The notes below the pieces were generated by a model, which searched no databases, was not told the DNA's origin, and worked only from the letters and a program-made list of their open reading frames with translations. Position numbers and translations under genes: made by a program. Positions 26,544 through 37,900 of a DNA stretch of 64,000 nucleotides are shown here, in pieces (positions within the stretch are counted from its first letter, which is position 1; each line of letters opens with the position of its first letter). The stretch spans positions 75,735 through 139,734 of the forward strand of contig NIVC01002499.1 in NCBI GenBank assembly GCA_002269645.1, read 5' to 3'. The DNA is from Macrostomum lignano (lineage: Eukaryota).

Positions 26544-26732
26544 CGACGCCAATCCCGCTCACCGTGTCCAGTATGTGGAACAGAGACATGCCAATTTTTG
26601 TCTCCACCGGGGTGGCGTCCTGGCGCACCGGCCTGCTGGTGATGTCATAGCCCTTGAGCAGGTGCTGCTTGAGCAGATACTCAACTGAGGCGTTGCCGTG
26701 CGGCCGGTCGTTGGTCCAGGCGTACGAGTTGC
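22124..26732 (-). CDS. Nicotinic acetylcholine receptor alpha-type subunit; exons 26732-26563, 24236-24192, 24103-23997, 23523-22985, 22728-22124; signal-peptide exon further upstream
   Basis: [24 protein letters not shown]|[15 protein letters not shown]|[10 protein letters not shown]...[10 protein letters not shown]. Cys-loop [15 protein letters not shown], vicinal YPCCESPF, M1-M3 with [23 protein letters not shown]4 [16 protein letters not shown]. All GT-AG joins keep frame. Confidence 0.95.
22738..22950. repeat. 21-bp minisatellite in the last nAChR intron
   Basis: Unit gagagtcagagtagcgggtgt (sense strand contains CTCTGACTC). Confidence 0.93.
23548..23900. repeat. 14-bp minisatellite in an nAChR intron
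   Basis: Unit gggagctgggatca (sense strand contains CCTGATC). Confidence 0.93.
24490..25650. repeat. (GAGAG)n-based polypurine tract in an nAChR intron
   Basis: Over 1.1 kb of gagaggagaggaaaggg-type degenerate repeat. Confidence 0.95.
26270..26543. repeat. (CAGA)n/(CA)n compound microsatellite
   Basis: Directly read; begins about 20 nt inside the intron from the donor at 26562. Confidence 0.97.
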
Positions 26733-27149
26733 CTGGGTGGGATTTGGGATTTGTCAATCAACTTTTTTTCAGTGTCGGGCAAAAAATGATTTCAATTTTC
26801 GCGAATTTCAATCGCTCTGTCAGTTCAACTCGATGGACCATCCGGATGAGGCCGCCTCTACGGGACGAAAGCCCGCCAGCTGCCAGCGACAACCGGTCCA
26901 ACCCGTCCCATTTTGTGACAGGGTGCAGCGAGCCGAATGCCAAATGATTCGAATTCAAACTGGAGTGGCTGCTCGTGCTTCTGTCAGTCTGCCAGTGTCT
27001 TGTTTCCAACAGACTCAAAGCTGTGCTCAAGTGGGCTTTAAAACCGAAAACAAAGATTTAAGGAAACGCATCCTCTGTCTCAGATGGATCTCCGAAATCT
27101 GCTGGGGAGCCATGGGAACTCGGGCTGCGGTTGCAGGGAATTGGAGTTT

Positions 27150-27850
27150 CTACTTTCTGGGAATTGGAGTATCTATTTTCTAGGAATTGGAGTATCTACT
27201 TTCTAGGAACTGTAGTTTATACTTTCTAGGAATTGGAGTATCTATTTTCTAGGAATTGGAGTATCTACTTTCTAGGAATTGGAGTATCTATTTTCTAGGA
27301 ATTGGAGTATCTATTTTCTAGGAATTGTAGTTTATACTTTCTAGGAATTGGAGTATCTATTTTCTAGGAATTGGAGTATCTATTTTCTAGGAATTGGAGT
27401 ATCTATTTTCTAGGAATTAGAGTATCTACTTTCTAGGAATTGGAGTATCTATTTTCTAGGAATTGGAGTATCTACTTTCTAGGAATTGTAGTTTATACTT
27501 TCTAGGAATTGGAGTATCTATTTTCTAGGAATTATGGTATCTAATTTCTAGGAATTGGAGTATTTATTTTCTAGGAATTATGGTATCTAACTTCTAGAAA
27601 TTGAAGTTTCTAATGAAGTTACTACTTTCTAGGAATTGGAGTCTCTACTTTCTATAAATTGGAGTATGTAATTTCTACTAGTAGGAATTGGAGTATCTGC
27701 TTTCTAGGAATTAGAGCATCTGCTTTCTAAGAATTGGAATATCTGCTTTCTAGGAATTGGAGCATCTGCTTTCTAAGAATTGAGTATCTGCTTTCTAGGA
27801 ATTGGAGCATCTGCTTTCTAAGAATTGGAGTATCTGCTTTCTAGGAACAT
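27150..27850. repeat. 23-bp minisatellite
   Basis: Unit ttctaggaattggagtatctatt. Confidence 0.92.
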
Positions 27851-28334
27851 TTCTAGGATTTCTACGCATCGTTAGAATTGATCATTAGAATTGGCACCTT
27901 TTCTCTTGATGGGATTTGAATTTCTGCCTTCCCATCACGCCACCTCCAAATCCCCACAACCCAGTTTTCCCGAAAAAAGTTATGGAGAACCAAGTACGAG
28001 CTAGAGACTTCTTCGAAGTGCCTCTCAGCTCTTTATTTTTCAGCATTTTTCTGGATTGGCAAGCAGACAAAAGTGCTTCCAGAAGCGAGACAGGCAGCGG
28101 CAGCCGCAGCTTCCAACACGTAGCGCTTCATCATCATCCAGTAAAAAATGCTAGGCGAGTCCTGGGCCTCGAGCTCGAATAGCAAATTCGATTCGGACTG
28201 GGGCGGAAGACCGCTAAATATTTTCCCGGCCTCGCCACAGCTGCCTCAATGCTCTCATTATGGAGGCGGCAACTTCAGCCCAGCGCAGCTGATCAGCCCG
28301 GCTGCTCGGGGGGTCCCGGGGCTGAGCTGGGAGG

Positions 28335-28603
28335 AGGGCTGTGGAGTGGGGAGGTCAGGCAGAAGGGATTTGGAGTGGAGAGGTCAGGTAGAGGGAAGGC
28401 TTTGGAGTGGGGAGGTCAGGTAGAGTGGAGCCTTGGAGTGGGGAGGTCAGGTAGAGGGAGGCTTTCGAGTGTGGAGGTCAGGTAGAGTGGGGCCTTGGAG
28501 TGGGGAGGTCAGGTAGAGGGAGGCTTTCGAGTGTGGAGGTCAGGTAGAGTGGGGCCTTGGAGTGGGGAGGTCAGGTAGAGTGGGGCCTTGGAGTGGGGAG
28601 GTC
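28335..28603. repeat. 31-33-bp G-rich minisatellite
   Basis: Unit ggagtggggaggtcaggtagagtggggcctt. Confidence 0.9.
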
Positions 28604-29228
28604 ATTTGACACAGGATTCGGAATGATGATTTGACACAGGATTCGGAATGATGATTTGACACAGGATTCGGAATGATGATTTGACACAGGATTCGGAATG
28701 ATGATTTGACACAGGATTCGGAATGATGATTTGACACAGGATTCGGAATGATGATTTGACACAGGATTCGGAATGATGATTTGACACAGGATTCGGAATG
28801 ATGATTTGACACAGGATTCGGAATGATGATTTGACACAGGATTCGGAATGATGATTTGACACAGGATTCGGAATGATGATTTGACACAGGATTCGGAATG
28901 ATGATTTGACACAGGATTCGGAATGATGATTTGACACAGGATTCGGAATGATGATTTGACACAGGATTCGGAATGATGATTTGACACAGGATTCGGAATG
29001 ATGATTTGACACAGGATTCGGAATGATGATTTGACACAGGATTCGGAATGATGATTTGACACAGGATTCGGAATGATGATTTGACACAGGATTCGGAATG
29101 ATGATTTGACACAGGATTCGGAATGATGATTTGACACAGGATTCGGAATGATGATTTGACACAGGATTCGGAATGATGATTTGACACAGGATTCGGAATG
29201 ATGATTTGACACAGGATTCGGAATGATG
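28604..29228. repeat. Perfect 25-bp minisatellite, about 25 copies
   Basis: Unit atttgacacaggattcggaatgatg; no variants seen. Confidence 0.98.
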
Positions 29229-29994
29229 CTCCAGGCAAAAACTGCTTGCCAAAATTTCAGTTTTCAACTCGCTGGAGATTCGCCACTCTGTTGGCGCCGG
29301 GCAAGCAGCGATCGGCTGGAAGCTCTGCTTCAATTTCTTCCTGACTGACACCCGAAGAGCAAATCCTCCCTCAATGTTTGCCAGCTCTGCAGCTTTGATT
29401 GCCGACAGACAGTTTGAGCTGTCCGGATGAGGTGCCACTCGGGGGGGGGGGTGGGAGGCTGCTCATATTGAAATTGCTGGCTGCGAAAAATTTCATTAAC
29501 TGCTCCGCTCGGGTCGTAGAAGATGGGATGGGACTTCTCTGAGCTGTCAGGCCATCCATCCAAGAGTGCGCCTGCACTCCGGCCAGCAACAAGTGTCCTG
29601 CCGAGTCCGAACTTCCAGAGCGCCCCCGGGCCCAGCGGGGGGGGGTCGCCCAGCTTATCTGCCTCCCCATCGCCTGACTGAGCACGGCTGCTGCACTGCG
29701 GTCAGGAGGGGCGGCGGCTTTCTCCGATAGCCCTCAACTGGAGTCAGCTCGGATGTGAGCTGAGGTGGACCGGCTAACACCGGGATTAGGGGACCTGTCT
29801 GTTTTAATCGCTATAGTCGAGCTCGAAGATACGGCTGGCCGCTGCTCATTGAACTGCACGGGACTCTCAAGATGGGGCGGGGGAGCTGGACTTCGCCGCG
29901 AATAACAGGCAGGCCCGCTGACTCCCGGCTTGGTAAATAGCGGGGCTTTTCAAGTGGGAATTCGGGGAATGAGAATTCCCGACTCTTGCAATTG

Positions 29995-30242
29995 CCGCGG
30001 GGAATTCAGAGTGAGAAACTGCCCTCCCGCGGATTAGTGTTCGGGGGAATTCAGAGTGAGAACTGCCCTCCCGCGGATTAGTGTTCGGGGGAATTCAGAG
30101 TGAGAACTGCCCTCCCGCGGATTAGTGTTCGGGGAAATTCAGAGTGAGAACTGCCCTCCCGCAGATTAGTGTTCGGGGGGAATTCAGAGTGAGAACTGCC
30201 CTCCCGCAGATTAGTGTTCGGGGGGAATTCAGAGTGAGAAAT
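29995..30242. repeat. About 44-bp minisatellite
   Basis: Unit gggggaattcagagtgagaactgccctcccgcggattagtgttc. Confidence 0.9.
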
Positions 30243-30444
30243 ACCCCTAAGAGAATTGCTCGCGAAGAATTGCCAAGAAATTAGGGAGTTCTCAAGCCGG
30301 GCCGGGCAAAAAACTTGGTGGTCTCGTTTTTGAGAGTTAAGAGACAAAAGCGGCGGACGCTTCGAACTCAGTTTGACCCGGCGAGCCCCCCGGCCTGCGC
30401 AGAAATTCATACAGACATGATTTTTATTAGATCGAGCATCCCAC

Positions 30445-30520
30445 ACAGCATCAAAAAAAGCAACAGCAGCCGCAGCAAAAAAGCGCGGAAGAGGCGGCCC
30501 GCAGATCCCCTGAGCTGCAT
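30445..30520 (-). CDS. Candidate signal-peptide first exon of the nAChR gene
   Basis: MQLRGSAGRLFRAFLLRLLLLFLML followed by a weak phase-1 donor (GTGGGA) that matches the phase-1 acceptor at 26732. Confidence 0.35.
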
Positions 30521-30867
30521 GCAAAATCCCCGGACTCGAATTGATTGAGTGCGGCCGGGCCGGGGCCTCAGCGCTCCATGAATGCGGGAGTGCGGGCCTG
30601 AATTATGCAGGGAAAGCTCTCTCACTGAAGGTCTCACTAGAGCTGATGCGGCTGCAAATAAATCTTCTAGAAGAGGAAATCCTATCGGCTTTCTTCAGAG
30701 CGATTTTCTGTTTTCCTTCCCTCTTCCTTGTCTGACTCGATTGCCTTGTTCATCAAATGTTTTGTTTAATCTTAACTGCAATTTAAAAGTTTAGGAAAAC
30801 ATTTTAGGCGACTGTTGGAGAAACAATAGCTGAGGTTTATCTTACCTGAAGGCTTTTCCCTTATTTA

Positions 30868-30945
30868 CTGTGGCCACACCTGGGAATCGAGCCCAGGACC
30901 TCTGGGACGAGAGAACAATGCGATCCCACAACCAATTCTTGCATA
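30868..30945 (-). other. Degenerate tRNA-like / SINE-head sequence
   Basis: Minus strand ...gtcccagaggtcctgggctcgattcccaggtgtggcca resembles a T-arm/B-box; a full cloverleaf could not be built. Confidence 0.25.
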
Positions 30946-31947
30946 TGCAATGATGCTTACCTTCAACGAGGCCAATCAAAGTTCTCTGCGTCCACAGAAA
31001 GCAAATGGCTAAGCAAATCTGCTTCATTTCTTGTTGCAGTTGAGTTTGAACTAAATTTCTTGGTAAAATGATGTTTAAAACTGAGAGGCGATCGAGCCCA
31101 TAAGAGCTGTTTTGGAACTCGAATAGGGCCGGGACGTTAGTTCGTTCATGTAATCTTTACCAACTTAGACCTGGTTGGTTAGAATAGCTGATTGGCTGGT
31201 GGCAGTCGCATAGGATCTGATTCTCTGATGATTACTCGCTGGGAACGCTGTCAAAAAATAAACGAGCTTATCAAGTGCTAGAAATTGTATTCATATGCAA
31301 ATAAATAATAAAAAGTCTTGGTATTTATCATAAAACACTATCTAAAATAGCCATAAATTATACAGCCCGCGTACGCCTTAATAATTTCAGATGAGGTGGT
31401 TGTACCGCACTAAGCATTACATTCGCCTAAACTTTTTAGCGTATCAAAGCTTTGAAAACAGTGGACCGAGAGCATATCAAAATTAGTTGCATAATATATC
31501 AGTGTAGTGACCTTCGCGAATTGTGCCTAAAAATACAAAAACTCTCATTTTTGTACCAAAATCAATAAATAAAATCAGTACCAAAGTAAGAAATTTTGTA
31601 ATGGGGAGATATGCCTCGAGATACACTGCAGCTTACGCGTATTAAAATTTATTAAACTCTTATTGTCTATAATTTCCGGGAGTTGTCATTCAAGTTCATT
31701 CAAACAAAAATCAAGAAAATAAAAAAGATTTTTATGATAAATCCCTTTTAGGAACAAAATTAATTTCAATTTTTTTTGTTCAAAGAATATAAAATTTAAG
31801 CAGAGTGTTTTGCGCCACGAAATCTGTCGAGGTGCTGTTTCAATTGCTTTTAAATTGCCGATTTTAAATTGACTTCAGCACGCTGGTCCCGACTCAGTTG
31901 CGTGAGTCTGGCTTGATTCGTGATTCATCGAAATACGTCTTTGGCAA

Positions 31948-34900
31948 ATGCCAAGGCTGAATGCGGATTCTGGGTATGTTTTTATTCATAAAGGATGTGT
32001 AAAAAGTATAAAATTAAAACTTTCCAGATCATATAGAGTGTTCTAAAGTAGTTTTATTATTCTATTTACAATTGATGGAAGCGATGGCAAGCAATTGTTT
32101 GTTAATTATTTATTTATTATTTAATTTTAACATTTTTAATGTTGAATTCCAATAAGAAAAGAAAATAATAGCTATGTAATGTTTATCTAACTTTTTTAAA
32201 CAGTTTATATTCGATGAGTTGTCAATTTTTTTCTAAAATATATAATCATATGAACAAAGTGTATTTTCATAAATTGTTGGTATAGTGTACTTTGTTTAGT
32301 TATATTAAAGTTATATACGAGCGTACAATAATTTTTAGTTTATCTGTTTATTTCTTAATGTTTTTATTGAAAAATTATGGTCATTTAAGTCAATACATTT
32401 TTACTGGTAATATCCAGATTTATTGATATAAAATATTTCTATTATTTCTGTTCTACTTTCAACCAACAGGTTGTTGGCATATCAAGCCAGTCCGCACGAT
32501 GCGCCACTGTCAGTAAATAACTTAAACAATCGCAGCAAGAGGCAGAATCTCGAGCGAGCCGGTCTGGTAATCATTTAATTTCCTTTTTTGTTTCGTTTTT
32601 GCCTCCTGATATGCTGCAAGAAGCAAAGCCAAGCTGTACAAGTATTGAACAATGTCCCACTGCTGACCACGCAGATCGCTGACCTGGCGCCAGAAACTTT
32701 GCCAGCACGTCGGCCGCAACCGCCGCCAGTCGGCGCCCAGACCAACGCAACCGGCTGGCGGGCGGGGGCCACCCGCAGGACGCCCCGATGCTGCGACGCT
32801 CGAAAGTGAGCCGGGGGCAGTTGCGCTCAAGAAGGACTGAAAGTCGATTATTGATTTTTCTTTATCCCTTTGGTCCAGTGTCTTGACTCTTGATATTTTT
32901 ATTAGAGGCAGGGGCTGCATGCGCACTGGTGCATTTAAGCGACATTACTCCCCTGAGCAGGCACACAAATCAACTTTATTTAACGTTAGGCATGTACACT
33001 TCGCTGTACCTTGGGGTTGGGCCTCTTCAAGGACGTTAATCGCACGAGCAGACCCACGCCGAGACTCCCATTCAGCCCCAAATTAATGCGGCTGCACTTG
33101 GAATCGAGCCCGGGCCGATGGCAAATCAGAGCGCCGCACTGGAGCACTGGGCCCCCTTGGTTTCCACTCGGTGTTCCACGAAAATCGGCCTGGGGCTGTC
33201 GGGCATGATTCATGATTTATGAGTGCCAGTCTCCCAAGGCACAGAGAGAGAAGCGAGTGTGTACTCAGGGGTAATAAGCTAAATCTGCTATGCGAATGCC
33301 GCATTGCCGCATCGTCACGCAGACGTCGCTCGGCGCGCACCAGGTTGATGAGGAGCGCCGGATTCTGGGCAACCGGCGGCCGCCCAGCCGGCCGGGACCG
33401 GGCCGCGCCAGCTCGGCGCTGCTGGATGAGAAGGTGAGTCTCGATGCCAACCAATCCGAACAGCAGAGTAGCCTTGGCAACACCGCACACACATGAATTC
33501 CAGGTGTCTCTGATCCCCCAGCCGGGCTCCAGAAGGCAGTCGCCGCAGCAGCCTCCGCGCGGTCCGCGCCGGCCAGTCTGGTCGGCCGCATCGGCGTCCG
33601 ACGGCACGTCGAGCTCGTCAGCCTCGCTGCCCTCCTTGGACTCCAGCGACGGCTTCAGCGGCGGCGGGCGCAACTCCAGGGACGAGAGGCAAAGCCGGCA
33701 GCCCAGCGGCAGGCCCGGCTCGTCCTGCCGGGTGACGCTGCGCTTCTTCGGCAGCGGTGGTGGGGAGGCGCGTGAGCAGCAGGTGACGGTGATGCAGCAG
33801 CACTCGGGAGGCAACACGCTGCGGGTGTTCAGCGGCTTCGTGCAGCCCAACGGTGCGCACCCGGCTTATGGCTGCGGGGTGGCGGGTGCTGCTCGTGGGA
33901 GGGGTATCTGAGGTCCTGAAGCACTGAGGGGTATCTGAGGTCCTGAAGCACTGAGGGGTATCTGAGGTCCTGAAGCACTGAGGGGTATCTGAGGTCCTGA
34001 AGCACTGTGGGGTATCTGAGGTCCTGAAGCACTGTGTGTATCTGAGGTCCTGAGGCACTGTGGGGTATCTGAGGTCCTGAGGCACTGTGGGGTATCTGAG
34101 GTCCTGAAGCACTGTGTGATATCTGAGGTCCTGAAGCACTGTGTGTATCTGAGGTCCTGAAGCACTGTGTGTATCTGAGGTCCTGAAGCACTGTGTGTAT
34201 CTGAGGTCCTGAAGCACTGTGTGTATTTGAGGTCCTGAAGCACTGAGGGGTATCTGAGGTTCTGAGGCACTGTGGGGTATCTGAGGTCCTGAGGCACTGT
34301 GAGGTATCTGAGGTCCCGAAACACTGAAAAGTATCCGAGGTTCTGAAGCACTTTGGGGCTACGTAAAGGGGGCATCCAATGGCCTGAAGCTCCATAGTGG
34401 GGCATCTGAGGGCCTGAGGCTCCATAGAAGGGTAGCTGAGGACCTGAGCCCCCGTAGTGGTATCTCAGAGACTGAGGCTACTTGGGTATTGGGGGTGCTC
34501 TTTAGAGGAGCAGATGCTGCAGATGGCTTTGGTGAAAACATGCTTATTACTCATTACAGAGAATGAAGCAAATTGAAAAATGATTTCAATGCCACCGACC
34601 GCCGCACATCTGCAAACAGCGACAGCCACCTGCTGCCACCCCCGTCAACTGCTCCGTACTTTTTTGGGACTCTCCTCAGCGGCTTAGTCGGCATGTAGTA
34701 GAGAAAATGATTTATGAACTCTCAGATGAAAGTAGAAAAACTGAGCACAGGGCTTCTCTGGTTGCCACTGACAACTTGCCACTGCTGCTGGGATGCTGGG
34801 GCTGCGGCTTTTCTATTGCTGGGGCAGCTGAGGGGCAGTCAGGGGGTGGGCGACTTCCCCCGCTCCGGCCTCAGCTAAACAATGGGCCATAATAGGCTTT

Positions 34901-37900
34901 ATGTCAGAGTGCAAAATTCAACACGTGACTATTTCGTCTACTGCAAGTAGCAAGCTGCGTTTTGCATCGGATTCCTTTGAAAAATTGCAGAGGATTTCAC
35001 TTTCGTTAGCCGGCGCCACCGCGGGTTCCCATTCTCTCTGTCGTTGTACATCAGCGGCGTTATGGACTCGCGGTTGAGCACCTGCTGTGAGTTCCGGCAC
35101 ACCCCGGGGGCGCGGCTCGGCTCCCAGACCGGCCACTTCGGCTTTGTAGGAGCCGTCAACGCTGCGCCCTGCTTCAAGTGAGTGTGCTAGACTTCTACAG
35201 TGTGCTGGACTTCTAGAGTGTGCTGGACTTCTAGAGTGTGCTGGACTTCTAGGGTGTGCTGGACTTCTAGAGTGTGCTGGACTTCTAGAGTGTGCTGGAC
35301 TTCTAGAGTGTGCTGGACTTCTAGAGTGTGCTGGACTTCTACAATGTGCTGGACTTCTAGAGTGTGCTGGACTTCTACAGTGTGCTGGACTTCTACAGTG
35401 TGCTGGACTTCTAGAGTGTGCTGGACTTCCCTAAGTGCTCCAGGCAGTTTGCATAGTGTGCCAGACTCCAGACTGCCAAAAAAGTCCGGAACCATTTCAA
35501 CCAGCAATCGTTTCCCTTTAACAGGTGCCAAATCGAGCAGAGGACTCGAACCTCGGACCGTCTAGCCAAGGGCACGGCCGCTGAGCGCAGCGAGCCGCGC
35601 CAGCCCCACCACCCTCCCTGGCCGTCCCAGCAGCAGCTTCCTGCAACTCCTCGAGGTACATTTCGAATTCTGAGTTTGCTTGACATCAGCTGGTCTGAAC
35701 TGCAGAATTTCTATTTTTATTGAAATTTTGAAATGGAAAATTCCTGCAGGCCAAACAGCCGCCGCCACTCGGAGCCGCCACCAGCCGCCGCCACTGGTCC
35801 TGGACCCCATCTTCGCGGACTCCCCGGCCGCCGGGACTCAGTCCGCTGCCGGCAATTCAGCCAGAGCTGGTGAGTCATCGGTTGCCATAGCAACCTAAGA
35901 CGCATCTTGCTCAGAGATAGCGCGCCTGACTCTCATTGCGCTAAAGTACATTTACTTGGTATTCGTGTGCGGAACTCAACTTGTGGAGCAACGATGAGAA
36001 GTCAGGGCCGCTGTACGCCCTGCGTGAGCGCATGCCAGAGTGCTCAGGGTCAGCTCAACGGCCTGACTGCTCAGGGTCAGCTCAACGGCCTGACTGCTGG
36101 CCTCCTCGCTGGCTCCGGGTCGGCAGTGCCCAAAGTCCCCCTGCACATTAATGATGGACAATCGGTTGCCATGGTAACCAGGTGTTTTCTTTGATTACAT
36201 CGTACGAAAGTTCGTAGGCTGTAGAGACACTTCGTGTAAAAATGGGTTAAAATTAATGAATAGTTGTCATGGATACTGACTAGGCGTGCCGTATCGTCGA
36301 TAGACCTAAAGAACACGCGCAGACAGCAATGATTGGACAATGGACTTGGGGATTTGGGATCTTTGCTCAGCCCCTGGCCATCGGTGCAAATTGGAAATCT
36401 GAGCACAATTGCTCCCTATCACCTATTATCCCCATGGGGATCGCCAGGATTAGGCTGCAAGCCGTCAACCTGTTTCGCGAGCAGGCGTCGCTCCGTGAGC
36501 TCATTGATTCGCGAGAGCCCGGGGGAAACTGAGCCACGTGTGAATAAGAGAGAAGGGAGAATGCAAGGTTGAGAAGCGATGAAGCAGCTCGGCAGCTGGG
36601 AATTCGGAATTCGATGATTGCCGGCCTTGACGGAGGGGGTGGCGGCCCGGCGAACTGCGAGAGGCCGAGGCGGGTCGATGCGGCCCCACCGGACCCGCCC
36701 CCGGGGGAGGGCAGAATGGGAGAATAGATTTTTGTTGCCGGGCACGCAGGTGCACCCGACAGGCAATTAGCTGATGGAGCCTGGAAGATGGAGGCTGCGT
36801 CCAGCCGAGCCGAGCAGAAGAAGAACAAGGGCATTCGAGCCTTCCAATCTTCTTTCACTGGCCACAAGGCTCACCCTTAACGACTGTTTCATTCTGTCTG
36901 AGCAGATGGCTTTCACTCAGTGCAGCAGCTGTGCAAGCTGAGTGAGACCGGGGGGAGCTAGTGCTGCGTCACGGGGCAGCTCGGGCCTTCGACAGAGCGC
37001 GGCTGCACCCACAGCTGGTGGGAGATTATTTCAGCGATTAAAAATGAACTGGGAGAGAATGGCAACGAGTTGGAGAAATTCGACACGCATTGGAATTCAG
37101 TGTGAGATCTCAAATCTGAGTTTGAGATCTCAGAAGTGAGTGTGAGATCCCAGAAGTGAGTGTGAGATCTCAGAAGTGAGTGTGAGATCTCAGAAGTGAG
37201 TGTGAGATCTCAGAAGTGAGTGGCAGATCTCAGAAGTGAGTATGAGATCTCAGAAGTGAGTGTGAGATCTCAGAAGTGAGTATGAGATCTCAGAAGTGAG
37301 TATGAGATCTCAGAAGTGAATATGAGATCTCAGAAGTGAGTGTGAGATCCCAGAAGTGAGTGTGAGATCTCAGAAGTGAGTGTGAGATCTCAGAAGTAAG
37401 TGTGAGATCTCAGAAGTGAGTGTGAGATCTCAGAAGTGAGTATGAGATCTCAGAAGTGAGTGTGAGATCTCAGAAGTGAGTATGAAATCTCAGAAGTGAG
37501 TATGAGAAGCAAGTGTGAGATATGAGGCGAGTGAATGCAAAAACCTGAATGTGAATTATGCAGCAAGTGGGATGCCCCAGCATTGAGCAAAGTGTAGATG
37601 GGAGAGCAGCAGCACATTAGGAGTAGCAGGTTGATGAGGCGTTCCAGGCAGCCTCCCTGCCCCCCCCCGGCTCATTAGCTGCACCGCCCGATTAGCCAAT
37701 CAAAGCGGGCCGCGGCTCCAACTCGCACTAAACTGGCCCTGAAAAGGCGGCCTTAGCGGCAGAAATCGCTCAGGCTTGATCAGCGAAGTCGAGCGGCAAT
37801 CATCGACCCGCACTCGCGACAGCCCCGAGCGCTCGATCGATCCACGAGAACCGCCGCTGCCCCCCTCCTTCCGCTGCTTGGGGCGGCGCCGCTTGAAACT

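Noticed and set aside
24362-26642. Long RE-rich, LS-rich and TDRQ ORFs
   Set aside because: GA tract and CAGA microsatellite in an nAChR intron.
28604-29228. CRISPR-like regular repeat (also considered for other arrays)
   Set aside because: Head-to-tail units without unique spacers, no cas genes, eukaryotic context.
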